From Octopus sinensis (Eukaryota), in contig NC_043025.1 in NCBI RefSeq assembly GCF_006345805.1, positions 1,364,001 to 1,428,000 on the forward strand: 64,000 nt of DNA. The letters are read 5' to 3'. Numbering within the stretch: position 1 is the first letter of the stretch; each line of letters begins with the position of its first letter. Below, piece after piece: positions 12,211 to 26,744 of this stretch. The position numbers and the translations under genes are program-made. The notes beneath the pieces are model-generated. The model had not been told where the DNA came from, ran no database searches, and saw only the letters and a program-made list of their open reading frames with translations.

Positions 12211-14010
12211 TCTAGATTCCATCCTCTCTTTCGTTCAATCCTTCCATCCTGCCCTCCACTTCACCTCCACTATCTCCTATACCTCTGTCTCCTTCCTCGA
12301 CATTTCGGTCAGCATTCATCACTCCTCTCTTACCACCTCCATTCACTACAAACACACAGACTCACACTCATACCTAAACTTTTCTTCCTCCCACCCCAAA
12401 CACACCAAGCTTTCCATCCCCTATTCCCAATTCCTCCGTCTACGTAGGCTCTGTAGTGACGACCATGACTTTGAGACTCAGTCTCAACTCATGGCTCGCC
12501 ACTTCATCCTACGTGGATATCCCCTCACCACTATCCACACCGCCCTTGCCAGAGCGCGTTCCGTAGACCGTGCATCTTCTCTCTACCCCCCGAACCCGCC
12601 CTGCAGTCTCCCGCCTCCCTTTTCCCCTCACTTATCACCCCACCACGCTACCTCTCCAACGCACAATTCTTCGAGCTTTCCGGCATCTCCAGTCCGACCC
12701 GTCCACTTCACACCTCTTCCCTAACCGACCACTCCCCTCTTTCAAACGAGCCCATAACCTACGAGACCTCTTGGTCCACAGCTTCTTCCCTGCCCCTACC
12801 TCCCAACCTGGCTCACTCCCCTGCTCCCGCCCACGTTGCCGCACTTGCCGTTACCTCTCCAACACCACCCTCCTCACTGGCACCTATCATCGACCCTATC
12901 GCATCATCGACTCCTTCACCTGCACCTCCAGCAATATTATCTATTGCATTTCCTACTCTCTCTGCCATTCCCTGTTCATCGGACAAACGGGACGCCGCTT
13001 GGCTGACCGGTTCGCAGAACACCTCCGAGACATCCGCCTTGCCAATGACACACCGGTCTCACGCCATTTCCGCTCCACCGGTCACTCCTTTGATCACCTG
13101 TCTGTGTTCGGATTGTCCTTGCACAGAGGCCATCCGGATTCCCGTTTGCGCCGTGAACAGGGATTAAACTTCTCTCTTCGATCTTTTACGCCATTTGGTC
13201 TCAACTCTCCCCCTTTTCATCTACTTCTCTTCAGTCCTTCATCTTTTCACCCCTACTCTCTTTCCCTCCTCTTCCCTCCTTTCCCTTCTTCCCTCTTCTT
13301 TCTTCTTTCTTCTTTCTTTTTCCCTCTTCCCCCTCTCTCTTTCTCTCTGCTCCCTCACTCCCCTTCTCTTCCCCTCCTCCTCTTCTCCCTCTCCCCTACT
13401 TTCCCCTCCTCTTCCTCTCCCTCTCCCCTCCTCTCCTTCTCCCCCTTCTCCCCTCCCCTTCCTTCCTCCTCCTCTCCTTCCTTCTCTCTCCCCTCCTCAT
13501 CCCCTCCTCCTCCACCCTCTCCTCGCCTCATCTCCTCTCTCTCCTCCCCTCATCTCCCCTCTCTTCCCTCCCCTCATCCCCTCTCACTCTCCCCCACACC
13601 ACACTACACTACACCATACGACATTACACATCACATCATACATACATACACACGTCCAGACCACCAGCCCTCTTCCACATGCACATACATACTCTCTGAT
13701 GCACACACGCACCTTCAGGTTGGAGCGAGGTCACTTGACCCTGTTATCTCCCCTACTATCCCTCTAGCGTCTAATGTCTGACCTCTAACGTTTGACTTCT
13801 GAAATCAGAATGCCATGTTGGATCGTTAGCCCCTACATGCAATTTTTTTTCTCTCCTTGTTTCTTTTCTGTGTATCTTTCTGTCAAAGAGCGTAGGCTCG
13901 AAACGTAAAAGACTTGTTCTATTTCTATTCCTGAGCACCATACTAATACAATTGTTTGTTTGTACTCCACCTGCCTTCGTCCTTTGTTTATTTCCGTAAA
14001 CCTTCCCATT
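12211..14010 (+). mobile_element. Penelope-like element, 5'-truncated copy A (RT C-terminus, GIY-YIG, 3' pLTR)
   Basis: HYKHTDSHSYL, SIPYSQFLRLRRLCS, PCSRPRCRTC, NIIYCI...FIGQTGRRL-DRF-EH. Same family as 18921-21343. Confidence 0.9.
13875..13912 (+). ncRNA. Degenerate minimal hammerhead in Penelope copy A pLTR
   Basis: TCTTT-CTGTCAA-A-GAGC(GTAG)GCTC-GAAACGTA-AAAGA; homologous to 19019-19056. Confidence 0.5.
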
Positions 14011-14330
<320 letters not shown>

Positions 14331-14386
14331 ACACTGGAGTAAACACATATATGTGAAACAAGGTGGAAAAAAAGAGTACTCAAATA

Positions 14387-14427
14387 CCATGTCCGACGAA
14401 CGGGAACGTGAAACTCAGAGTAACAGG
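14387..14427 (+). ncRNA. Minimal hammerhead-like motif with a core substitution (CCGACGA)
   Basis: CATGT-CCGACGA-ACG(GGAA)CGT-GAAA-CTC(A)GAG-TA-ACAGG. Confidence 0.5.
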
Positions 14428-14849
14428 TTTTGTTGAATTTTCTGCTGCTTTAAATAAAGTATATACATATATATATTTTTTAGTACCTCTTTATTCGAGT
14501 GCATAAGGATACATATGTACATATACATGTGTGTATGTATATATGTGTGTGTAGGGATATATATATACATACACGTGTGCGTGTGTGTATATATGTGTGC
14601 GCGTATATACATTTATTATTTTTGGGTGTGTATGTGTGAGTGTGCATGTATATATGTATATATACATAGCGATTTGCTTGCTTATGTATGTGCGTATGTA
14701 CGTGTGTGCGCGCATGTACGTATATACGTAGGTTCTTGTGTCTAGGTGCATGCACGTTTCTTCCATGTGTGTATGTGTGTACATATATGTATGTATGTAT
14801 ATGTGTATATATATATATGTATGTATATGTGCGGGTACGTATATGCATA

Positions 14850-17800
14850 AAACGTTTAGATGACTGCTCACACGGAGCCCATAGTGAAAGATGTCACCCC
14901 CACTTGGTAGACAAACAGGACAACAAAGAATATTCAAGTGAGAAACCTGGTCGGGAAGTAAACCCAAGTGCAAGTGCCCCTACCGGCATCAAAAGACAAA
15001 ACCATGGAGATGAAAGAGCCAACAAAGAAGTAAAAGAAGGAAAAACAAAAAGAAAAACAAAAGATGAAACAGCCAAAGACGGAAAAACTCAAGCAAAACC
15101 AAAAGATGAAACAGCCAAGGAAAGAAGCCAACCTGACTATCCATGTACCAAAAAGGATAGAAAGAGACAGCGCACACGAATGTGTAAATTCTAGCTGAAA
15201 GGTGTCTGCTGGCATGGAGAGAAGGTGCAGGCTGCCGTTTTGCACTCCAAAGACCCTTCCACATGAAACAGGGCAGAATACACCAGCCAAAAGGAAAAGG
15301 AAAGGACTATGCACCACCTGCCCAAAAACGGAGGTACGCAGATGTAGTGTGTGTTACAAACCATCAACATGCTATTGAAAGGGAAGCTGCTGAACAAGAA
15401 TCGTTTTTGTGCATGGCACAAAAGATTGTTCAGAAGCTAACCTGGCTCCATCAAACTCAAACTCGCAGATGGGACTATCCACAATACACAAGACCGCCAC
15501 AGCAAATAGACTCAAGGTGGACACCACTGGCAACAACGCACACATCACCTCGATGCTCCTACTGAACATCAGCGGACTGCTAACACTCAGTAACGGGACA
15601 AAAATCCCTTTCTTGAGAGACTTTGTTGCAGGCAATCAAGCCCTATGCATAGCACTTACGGAAACACACCTGAAACCGGACATAGCAGATGCGGAAATAC
15701 ACATACCACAGTATGTTGTATTACGGACCGACAGAAAAGGAAGGAGTCATGGAGGAGTTGCTATGTACATCCGTGAGGACCGCACACCCCAGGTCCTTTT
15801 GTCATTCTCAATTTCGGTGTGTGACACACTAAGTGTACATATAAGGCAACTTGGTGTAGTTGTGTGTGCTACATATCGCCCTCCAGATGCCCCAAGCCAT
15901 GTAGGCAAGTTTGAAGACTGCCTTATAAAAATAGAAGAAGTCCTAATCACATTAGAACAACACATAAGTGTACTTCTTATGGGAGACTTCAATCTACCCA
16001 ATGTCAGATGGCCCGAGGGCCTTTCTCTCCCAGGAATGACACGATGCGAACGAGGACAGGTGAGGTCCCTCCTGAACCTCATCAACACTCAGTATATGGA
16101 GCAAATAGTACTCCAACCAACCCGGGCATTTAACATACTGGATCTCTGCTTCACAAATAATATGGATCTCATCCATAATGTGAAAGTGACACCGACACTA
16201 CTCTCGGATCACAACATGGTAGAGCTGACCATGTATGGGCCAAAGGAAAGCATGGACATGCAGCCTACAAGAAGCTCTCAGAATCTTTCCAGCTTGAACT
16301 TCCATAAGGCAAACTGGAAACAAATTGAGAAAAAGATCCTCAAACAAAACTGGCATGAATGTCTCTCCTCACCAGCCATCGACATGAAACTTCAACAATT
16401 CATATCTGTAATGCAAGCCATATGCTACAAATGTGTCCCAGAGAGAAAGGCCACTGTACACAAGAACAAAATCCACAGAGACAGGAAGATTCTTATGAGA
16501 CGGCATACAAAAGTTTCAAATCGCCTAAACAAACAAATTGAAAGCAGTGAAAAGTCCCGCCTGAAAATAAAACTGTTGGAAATTGAAAAATGTCTGCAAC
16601 TCTCCCATGAAAAAGAAAAAGCAGACAAAGAAGCCTGGGCTATAGACAACATAAAATCTAACCCCAGAGCTTTCTACAGGTATGCCAAAGAAACAGCTAC
16701 GGTGCACTGTAGGATAGGGCCACTCCTTGAAAAGGATGGCACACACACAGGAAATCCAATGAGGATAAGTGAAATACTAAATGAGCAATTCAAGAGTATT
16801 TTCACTCCACCCCTAGGGCATTTTCAAGTCAGCAATCTAACTGACTTCTTTACCACTTCAGATATAAAATCAGAGGCAATGATTATTGATTACATCAATA
16901 AGAAGGAAAACGATGTAATAAAGGCTATAGATGAAATGAAAACAAACTCATCTACTGACCCCGATGGATTCCCAGCAATCCTTCTAAAAGTATGTAAGAG
17001 AGTCCTAGCAAGACCACTGCAGTTCCTCTTTCAGAGCTTCCTTGCAACTGGCAAACTTCCAAGGAAACTGAAGGAGGGTAAAATATGCCCTATTCATAAA
17101 GGAGGTAGCAGAGTGGAGGCCAAGAACTACAGACCTATCTCTCTGACCTCACACATCAGCAAGGTCATGGAACGAATAGTCAGAAGGAAACTAATCACCT
17201 TCCTTGAAGAAAATGACTTGCTGCCTGACACCCAACATGGTTTCCGACCAGGAAGAAGCTGCTTAACTCAGCTCCTACAACACTATGACTGGGTGCTGAA
17301 ACAACTGCTCAACCACTCAAATGTGGAAGTGATATATCTTGACTTTGCAAAGGCCTTTGATAAAGTCGATCATGGAATGATATGTCACAAACTGCGTGAT
17401 CTTGGCATAGCTGGAAAACTGGGTGAATGGCTTCATGACTTTCTGAACGATAGTAGCCAGGTGGCAGTAGCAAATGGGGCCACTTCCATTAACACCCAAA
17501 TAGTGAGCGGTGTTCCACAAGGCACTGTTTTGGGACCACTGCTGTTCATAATGGCTCTCTCAGACATGCCCTCAGCCACACAGAAAGCCATGATCACAAG
17601 TTATGCAGATGATACGAACGTTTCACAGGCAATACAGAACTCAGAAGACACTAAGCACCTGCAATGTGAAGAATAGCATGTAGTTGAATGCTGAAAAGTT
17701 TCAAGCTTTATACTATCAGCATGCAAAACTAAATGTAATACCCAATAAATACACTGGACCTGGAGGGATTGCAATCCCAGAGGCACGATCAATGCGTGAC

Positions 17801-18563
17801 CTGGGTATTTACATGAGTAATGATGCAACCTTTCATGTGCATGTTGCTAAATATGCAATGAAATGTAGGTGGCTGACCGGATGGATTCTTAGAGCTTTTA
17901 GAACAAGAGACCAGAAAACCATGATGGTCCTTTGGAGGACACTTATCCTAAGCCACTTTGACTATTGCTCTCAGCTATGGTCACCATCCAGTGTCAAGTT
18001 AATCACGGAACTTGAGGCGATCCAACGAAGCTACATGAAGAAGATAGCCTCTGTGCAGCATATAAGCTACTGGGAAAGACTCAAGAGATTAAAACTCTAT
18101 TCCTTAGAGCGTAGGCGAGAGAGATATGCCATAATATACATCTGGAAGATCCTAGAAGGACTTGTCCCAAACTTTGGCATCGAGAGTTACACAAATGCCA
18201 GAACTGGGCGCCACTGCATAGTGCCAAGGACTCCAAATTTGCCATCAAGATGTAGGACAAGATACTGCGATAGCCTGGGCTTCAGAGGCCCACAGTTCTT
18301 CAGTATCCTCCCGAAGAACTTGAGAGACCTGCATGGGTGGATGCAGATGTTTTTAAAATAAAGCTGGATCTCTTCTTGTCAGGTGTCCCGGATGGACCAA
18401 CTTCACGGCAGGAGGTGCGGATGAGGGCAGCTGCATCGAACCCTCTCATGCACCAAATGGCAATTGCTAAAAAGCATTCGTGAAGTAAAATCATGTAGCA
18501 ACACCAAATGGCGGTGCCCCAGCATGGCCACAGCTCGTGAGCTGAAACTAGATGAAAATGAAA
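14850..18563 (+). mobile_element. CR1-group LINE (ORF1 remnant plus APE-RT ORF2)
   Basis: ORF 15409-17676 has LTETHL, YRPP, MGDFN, SDH, NYRPISLTS, YLDFAKAFDKV, GVPQG and YADD. ORF 17684-18361 has YSLERRRERY. 3' tail GGTGCCCCAGCATGGCC...CTGAAAC. Confidence 0.92.
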
Positions 18564-18564
18564 G

Positions 18565-18585
18565 AATATATATACACATATATAT

Positions 18586-18626
<41 letters not shown>

Positions 18627-18885
18627 TATACATATATATATATATACACATATGTATACATATATATATGTACATATATATACATACATATATATACATA
18701 TATATACATATATATATACACATATATATATATACATATATATACACATATATATACATATATATACATATATATATATACATATATGTACGTATATACA
18801 CATATATACATATATATATAAATATACATATATATTTTTATATATATATACATATATATACATATATACATATATACACATATAT

Positions 18886-18920
<35 letters not shown>
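18565..18920. repeat. (TA)n/(TACA)n microsatellite
   Basis: Simple repeat. Confidence 0.96.
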
Positions 18921-21343
18921 ACGGGAAGCTTTATGAAAATAAACAAAAGACGAAGGCAGGTGGAAAACAAACGAACAATTGTATTAGTATGGCGCTCAGG
19001 AAATATAAATAAAACAAGTCTTTAACGTTTCGAGCCTACGCTCTTCAACAGAAAGATACACAGAGAGAGAAAAACACAGAAAGAAGGAGAGAAAAAAAAT
19101 GCGTGCAGTAGCTAACGAATCAACAATGCGATCTGATTTCGGCCAGAGGTCAAAGATCAAACATGAGACGCGAGAGCGAAATAAGGGGAGATAATAGGGT
19201 TGATAAAAGGGGTTGAGGAACCAGCTAAAAGTGCGTGGGAGGGGTCTGGATGTGTGTATGTATAGGGTTGGTGTATGTATTAGTATGTATAAGGGTGTGT
19301 GTGTGTGTGTGTGTATGAGAGAGTATTAGTGCGTAGGATTGGTCTGGACGTGCGTATGTATGGGGTTGGTGTATGTATTAGTATGTATTAGTATGTATTA
19401 GTACGTATTGGTATGTATAGGTGTGTGTGTGTGTGAGAGAGTATAAGTGCGTATGCGGGGTCTGGACGTGTGTATGTATAGGGTTGGTGTAAGTATTAGT
19501 ATGTACTAGTATGTATTAGTATTTATTAGTATGTATTAGTTGGTGTGTGTATTAGTATGGCACATCATATGTGATGTGATGTGTAAAGTCATGTGGTGTA
19601 GTGAGGAGAAGAGGGGGAGGGGGAGAAGGGGAGGGGAAGAAGAGGGGAAGAGGAGAGGATGGGGGAGAAGGAAGGGGAGAGAGGGAGCAGAGGGAAGGGG
19701 AAGAGGGAGGGAGAAAGAGGGAAGAAGGGAAGGGGAGTAGGGGTGAAAGGATGAAGGACTGAAGAAGTGGGGGTCGGGGGGAGAAAGGATAGGTGAGGAG
19801 GGGGGAGGGGGGTTAGATGAGGAGGGGGGGAGAGTTGAGACCAAATGGCGTATAAGAGCGAAGAGAGAAGATTAATTCCTGTTCACGGCGCAAACGGGAA
19901 TCCGGATGGCCTCTGTGTAAGGACAAACCGAACACAGATAGGTGTTGCAAGGAGTGACCGGTGGAGCGGAAATGGCGTGAGACCGGTGTGTCGTTCGCAA
20001 GGTGGATGTCACGAAGGTGTTCCGCGAACCGGTCAGCCAAGCGGCGTCCGTTTGTCCGATGTACAAGGAATTGCAGAGAGAACAAGAGATGCAATAGATA
20101 ATATTGCTGGAGGTGCAGGTGAAGGAGTGGATGATGGGATAGGGTCGATGGTGGGTGCTAGTGAGGCGGGTGGTGTTGGAGAGGTAAGGGCAAGTGCGGC
20201 AACGTGGGCGGGAGCAGGGGAACGAGCCGGGTTGGGAGGTAGGGTCAGGGAAGGAGCTATGGACCAAAAGGTCTCGAAGGTTGTGGGCTCGTTTGAAAGA
20301 GGGAAGGGGTCGGTTAGGGAAGAGGTGTGAAGTGGACGGGTCGGACTGGAGATGACGGAAAGCTCGAAGAATGGTGCGTTGGAGACGTAGGGTCGTGGGG
20401 TGGTAAGTGAGGGGAAAAGGGAGGCGGGAGACTACAGGGCGGGTTCGGGGAGAGAGAGCAGATACACGGTCCACGGACCGTGCTCTGGCAAGGGCGGTGT
20501 GGATAGTGGTGAGGGGTATCCACGTAGGGTGAAGTGGTGAGCCATACGTTGAGACTGAGTCTCAAAGTCATGGTCGTCACTACAGAGCCTACGTAGACGG
20601 AGGAATTGGGAATAGGGGATGGAAAGCTTGGTGTGTTCTGGGTGGGAGGAAGAGAAGTTGAGGTATGAGTGTGAGTCTGTGTGTTTGTAGTGAATGGAGG
20701 TGGTAAGAGTGGAGTGAAGAATGCTAACCGAAATGTCGAGGAAGGAGACAGAGGTGTTGGAGATAGTGGAAGTGAAGTGGAGGGCTGGATGGAAAGATTG
20801 GACGAAAGAGAGGAAGGAATCTAGATGTTCGCGGGAGAGTGAGGTGGCACCGATAATGTCGTCAATATAACGACCATATAGTTCAGGAGTGGGACCAGTG
20901 AAATTAGAGAATATTTGGGCCTCAACATAGCCAACGAACAGGTTCGCATAGTTGGGGCCCATTCGCGTTCCCATGGCCACTCCCGAGACCTGATGGTAGA
21001 ACTCGCCCGCGAACGAGAAGCAGTTCAGAGTAAGGACAAGTTCGGCCAGACGAATGAGTGTGGAGGTGTCAGGTACAGGGTTAGGGCGGAGGTCAAGAAA
21101 GTGTCGAAGGGCCTGCAGTCCTTCGTGGTGAGGGATAACAGTATAGAGGCTTTGGATGTCCATAGTAAAAAGGATTTTGGAGGAGCCGGGAGGAAAGGAG
21201 AAAGAGTTGAAAAGCCGGAGAGCATGGTTGGTATCGTGGATGTGGGAGGGAAGAGATGCCACTAGGGGGGCAAGGACACGGTCGAGGTATTTAGAGATGA
21301 GCTCCGTGGGGCAGTTACAGGCGGAGACGATGGGGCGGCCAGG
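18921..21343 (-). mobile_element. Penelope-like element, copy B (RT, GIY-YIG, pLTR)
   Basis: ORF 20432-21397 has PGRPIVS, MDIQSLYT, GVAMGTRMGPNYANLF and RYIDD. GIY-YIG lies at about 19813-20474. Confidence 0.93.
19019..19056 (-). ncRNA. Minimal hammerhead variant in Penelope copy B pLTR
   Basis: Minus strand TCTTT-CTGTTGA-A-GAGC(GTAG)GCTC-GAAACGTT-AAAGA. Fits the Penelope-type CTGANGAAG...CGAAACGT pattern except at A6. Confidence 0.6.
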
Positions 21344-22340
21344 GTTTATATATATACTGACATGTATACACAAACAATCACACAGACGCACACACACAAA
21401 TGTTCACATGCTCACAAGTGCAGACCCCCCACACACACACATGTATCTTAGTGAAATTTAAAATTAAAGAATTAAGGTTTGAAAAGTAGTCGTTAAATAC
21501 CGTATCCAAACCTTGTCTCAGGGTAGGTCCCAGGCAGGGTACATGCAGAGCACATTTACCACTTATGGCTTTCAAGCGGAATAAGCAAAACTGTGCGTTC
21601 CTCATTGAATCTGTGTCCGGAATACCGAGTTGTGTATGTGTATGTGTGCGTGTACGCGTATGCGTGTGTCAGTGCGCATGCGCACGGGTTTACCTGTGTG
21701 TGGGAAGGGGACGATCAGTGTGCGTTTAAATATAGACAGATGCGTATATGTACACGAGCTCGGTGGCGCGATTGCATATATATGGGGGAGCATATGTCCA
21801 TGTGTCCGTGAGTGAGAGAATGTGAGTGCCTATTGACAGGATGGCGGATGTCTGTCGATATGTATGTATGTGTATGCGGAGGGGCGTGTGCTTCGCATGT
21901 GCGCATGAATGTTTACATGCGTGCGCACACACGCATGAATGTATGTGTGAGTGCTTGACTGTGTGTGTGTGTGTCGGTTTAGGCAGCTGCAAAGTCTCAA
22001 CACTGGAATAACATCCCCACTAAACATTCTCACCATGTTGCACTTGATTGCTGTAGCCGGCAGCAAACGATTGAGCCGTTTAATCTAATGCCATAAACAC
22101 CCTTTTCACACCCCCTCCATCTACATTAGATTCTTTTTTAGCTACGATTTCTTGACGACAACTACCAACTCCCCACCGCAATTTATACGAGATACTTTGT
22201 GTGGTTTTTATTTTTCAATTTTCTTCCTGACTACATCTTCCTCACTTAACCAAATGTGTCTAAACTGCTGGAATGTTACCATTAGCATATAACCTGGAGC
22301 GAAAAGGAAATGTAAATCTGATAACCTTTGAAGCATGTTT

Positions 22341-22446
22341 CGTCACCTGATGAAGCTCTTTTGCACTGTGCATTGCATTTGGTGTCATTACATCGCTCAC
22401 GCCCTCTCGGGAACAGTGCAGAATGAAATTGAAATGATTGTAGTGC
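22341..22446 (+). ncRNA. Type I hammerhead-like motif with long stem II
   Basis: CAC-CTGATGA, stem II containing TGCACTGT/ACAGTGCA, GAAA-TGATTG-TA-GTG. Stem III is imperfect. Confidence 0.5.
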
Positions 22447-22744
22447 TAATAAATGCTTTTAGTTACACTCCGTCATCAGTATTAACCATTTAACACACAC
22501 ACACACACACATACACACACACACACCCACACACACCAATATTGAACGAGGAGAACAAAAAATGAACACCGCATTGACGGATAAATATTTGGAGGTGAAT
22601 GAGGCTATCATTGCTTTCTTGCTCAGAGAATTCTCAGCAGTTATCATGGCAGCCACATGAGACGTTGATACTTGTCTTGTTCTTGGGTGAGTATACACGA
22701 GGCTACATGAGACTAAAGCTTCACGAAACTACACGAGATAAGTA

Positions 22745-23590
22745 TACAAGAAACTAGAATTTTTCCCTATTTTATTCACTTAGTTTTACATGTTTACACT
22801 TTTATCGCCTTCAAAGTATTCTCCATTTGAAGCAATGCATTGGTCCAGACGCGTTTTCCACTGTTCGAAGCATTGTTGGCAAAGTGATGCCTTTTAACAC
22901 CTCCACATCTGCATATTTCTGAGTACTAGCTTTCGTCATCGGTGATGACCTTCAAAAAACGGGCCGGATCAACTTCCAGTTTATGACGCACATTCAGTCG
23001 TGACTGCTTTTGATCGTCCATGAAAAAGCCAGACACAAATTTTGCTACAACTGTTTTCATTCGCAATTCGTCGCTCAAGATTCGTTGTCAGGAGTTCCAG
23101 GACATACCAGTCATATCAACAAGTTCGTCAAATGTTCGGCAACAGTCCTTCAAGATCAGTTTATGAATTTTTGTAATGTTTTCATTCGTTCAGGATGTCG
23201 ACGGTCGCCATGAATGATGCTGGTCTTCAAGCGACAAGTGACCATTTCTAAAGCGTGAAAACTTGTAAATTTGAATTTTGCTCATGGCAGTGTTCTTGTA
23301 AGCTGTTTGAAGCATCAGAACTGCTTTGGCCACCGTTTTCCCCGGCAGAAAACTGAATTTCACGGAAGGACGCTGTTCCTTTTTTTCAGCCATCGCAAAA
23401 TTCGATGAACAGGTGAGAGGCACTGCATGTTGAAGACTCCCTATTTAACAATACAACTGCAACCGACGCCACCGGTTGACAGGTTGATGCTTGAGGATTG
23501 CATCAAGTGGCTTCTACCGGCGGAAGATTGAACTACAACAGGCTTGTCCCACAGAGAATGTTACCGGTTCTTTTGGGTGACTGTTCGTAT
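22745..23590 (-). mobile_element. Internally deleted mariner remnant
   Basis: ORF 23190-23423 resembles a mariner N-terminal HTH (EQR..VKF...GKT...RPSTS). A C-terminal CIASNGEYFEG-like stretch lies near 22810. Confidence 0.75.
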
Positions 23591-23804
23591 GTGTATAAAG
23601 ATGGTTGTCGTAAACACTGTAGTAAACTCTAAGGTTGGTGGATGGTTTATTGTGCAATCTGCTATAGCTTGTAACACTGCCAGACATAGCCTCCACCACC
23701 TGCTACATATCCATAATGAATATATGCGCCTAGGTGAGGCATTATGCCTCTCCTCAGTATGAAAGAAGGGTTTAAGGTTGTTAAGTTCTGTCATACCCAC
23801 GTAT

Positions 23805-24240
23805 TTATGAATGTCTTTCAGTCAGTGCGGTCCTGACATCACCTCTTCCTATATGACACCTTCTGCTGGTGACAAAAGGCCTCTCGCTCAGAGTAAAAGG
23901 CAGACTGTATGACGCATGTGTACGAACAGCCATGCTACATGGCAGTGAAACATGGGCCGTGACTACTGAGGATATGTGTAAGCTCGCAAGAAATGAAGCC
24001 AGTATGCTCCGATGGATGTGTAATGTCAGTGTTCGTACTCGACAGAGTGTAAGTACCTTGAGAGAAAAGTTGGACCTAAGAAGCATCAGTTGTGGTGTGC
24101 AAGAGAGATGTTTTCGCTGGTATGGTCATGTGGCGAGAATGGCTGAAGATAGGTGTGCGCAAAAGTGCTACACCCTAGCAGTTGAGAGAACCTGTGGAAG
24201 AGGTAGACCCAGGAAAACCTGGGACGAGGTGGTGAAGCAT
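23805..24240 (+). mobile_element. RTE LINE 3' fragment
   Basis: LSLRVKGRLYDACVRTAMLHGSETW...RWYGHV...GRGRPRKTW. Confidence 0.88.
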
Positions 24241-24269
24241 TGAAGAGTTGGAGGAGTGCTTAACCCCAC

Positions 24270-24522
24270 TTAAGCTCCGACTGGCCTCCGTGCCGGTGGC
24301 ACGTAAAAAGCACCATCCGATCATGGCCGTTGCCAGCCTCGTCTGGCACGTAAAAAGCACCTACTACACTCACGGAGTGATTGGTGTGAGGAAGGGCATC
24401 CAGCTGTAGAAACACTGCCAGATCAGACTGGGCCTCGTGCAGCCTTCTGGCTTCCCAGACTCCAGTTGAACCGTCCAACCCATGCTAGCATGGAAAGCGG
24501 ACGTTAAACGATGATGATGATG
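24270..24522 (+). mobile_element. SINE 3' part ending in (GAT)n; related pieces at about 26350-26560, 27390-27560 and 34900-35100
   Basis: Recurring GGCACGTAAAAAGCACC...GGAAGGGCATCCAGCTGTAGAAAC...CCATGCTAGCATGGAAAGCGGACGTTAAA(GAT)n. Confidence 0.8.
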
Positions 24523-24682
24523 AAAATATAAAACATCAACATAATATAAGACTTATTGACTTCATAATTCACACGATAAGATACAAGGTAATAAAGATTC
24601 AAGAGTTACTACACAGAGTCTGGTGGAGAATTTGAGATTATACAATATTAACATGACGTAGTAATACACGAAGATAATGTTC

Positions 24683-24769
24683 CATCGACGGGCCGTTTCG
24701 GAGACGTGTCCGATAATATGATATAAATTTCATATTCTTAATGAGACAGATACTCCCGTCATCAGGATG
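24683..24769 (-). ncRNA. Type I hammerhead ribozyme, intact core, GUC cleavage site
   Basis: Minus strand CATC-CTGATGA-CGGGAG...CTCC-GAAAC-GGCCC-GTC-GATG. Confidence 0.78.
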
Positions 24770-25038
24770 CTTCACAACAAGTCACAATGATAGCAACACA
24801 TAAAAGGACAACTTACTTCGTTACATTCTATCCAATTTCAAAGTCTTATTGATAATTCACTGATCCCCTTTATAGAACAGTTATATTAACTCACTTTAAT
24901 CTTTATTATAGGCAGGTAACCTGAACAAAGAATGGACATAACAAAGACAGGCAACACAAAACATGGGGTACATATAACGAAGAATAAATATGAATGTTTA
25001 TAATGAATAGAATGGAATGGCTTACGAGACCCCAAAGC

Positions 25039-25330
25039 TCATTTTACTGTTCTTTTATACAGTTTATAATCTAGGCCAATTTCCAGAGGTACTCTATCGA
25101 TTCTTACTCTAGCAGCTCTTCTTCCACAGTATGTAGGCAAAAGTGCACACCTAGCCATTCTCAAGGGTACAGTGGTGTGCCTTTTTGCATCCTCCTCACT
25201 CGTAAAGCGCACATCCACCGTGCCGTATTGTCTACCTCTTGCGTAGAACGTTGTTAATTGCTCAACCCCACTTAAGCACTCCTCCAACTCTTCAATTTCT
25301 ACTGCTTCAATTTTCTTCGTCTCGAAGAAT
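25039..25330 (-). mobile_element. Tx1 ORF1 fragment (different subfamily)
   Basis: EECLS...RG...TVDVRF-S...LLPTYCGRRAA aligns by eye with EKCLS...RG...TVEAHFDS...LLPTYMGKRTA of ORF 54498-55739. Confidence 0.7.
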
Positions 25331-26244
25331 TAAAGGCCTGTGTTAAGCTCAGTTCAAACCATTCTATTATAGTACTTTTTTATTTTATTTTTAATTCCAT
25401 TCCAATGTTTATCTGAAGTTAGCTATCCTAGTTCAAATCATACTAATTCAATCCTTACCAACATAAAATACTTATTTACTTCATTGATTATCATATTATT
25501 TTCAATTACATTTTAAATTTTCAGTTACAGATTTTAGATTTTAGATTTTAAAATTTAAATTATCATCATTATCCTTACTACGAATTAATATTATGAATTA
25601 TTATTATTATTATTATTACTCTTATTCTTATATTTTTGTTATTAAATTTCTTTAAAAACGTCGAGTGTATCTTATGTGTGAAACCGGAATTGCATCAGTA
25701 AATTTATTTAGCATAGCATGATTGTAATTCTTCAAAATAAAGTAAGCCTCCCTAAGGCATAATCCACATCTAGTGGATCCGATTCCAAAGGGAGGGGCAT
25801 GAGCAAAGATGGACCAAGGTAATTTGAATTCTTTACTCTTTTCCCTAAGATCGTTTATAAACGATGCTAATGCGGTGGATGTCCAATATTTTGGAATTTT
25901 AAATGAACATTTTTGAATATTTTTAAATACCTACGAGTTTTATTTTATATCATATCGACGTCTTATACATATTTTTATATCTATTTGTATATCTAATAAT
26001 TTATTTATATATTTATAATGCCAACGTATTTTTAAAATATTAAAAAAATATTTTAAAATATTTTAAAATATCTTTAAATATTAAATATTTATAAGTTCAT
26101 ATACTTGTATGTGTTAATACTGCATTATCTGGAACTTTATATTGATTTATTAATGCCCAATGAAATTGCACACATATATATTGAATATTCTATTGGATAA
26201 TAGGTCATGTTCCTCTAGTTTTCCGCTGGTATTGCTTCCATTGA

Positions 26245-26314
<70 letters not shown>

Positions 26315-26704
26315 ACGATTATGCCATGAAAAAGTATCCTCTCAATGCCACATAAAAATGCACTCACGTCGGTACCACTCAAAAAGCACCCTTGCCAATG
26401 CTATGTAAAAAATTCCCCGCACACTCCATAAATTGAGTGGTGGTCGAAAGGGTATCCAGTCGTACAGACCATGCCAAAACAAGACTGGAGCCTGGTTCAG
26501 CCCTCGATTTGCCATGCAAGCATGTGAAACGGACGTTAAATGGTAAAATAATGATGACGATACATACATACATACATGCATGTACACATGGATGCATGCA
26601 TACATACATACATACTACATACATACATACATACATACATACATACATACATACATGCATGCATGCATACATACATACATACATACATACATACATACAT
26701 ACAT

Positions 26705-26744
<40 letters not shown>

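Noticed and set aside
13195-13781. Pro/Ser/Leu-rich ORF extensions
   Set aside because: Read-through into a polypyrimidine tract of the Penelope 3' region.
22500-22692. Possible upstream exon of the ankyrin gene (ATG and GTGAGT donor)
   Set aside because: The ATG frame stops before the donor and has no recognisable domain; it could be a UTR exon but is unsupported.
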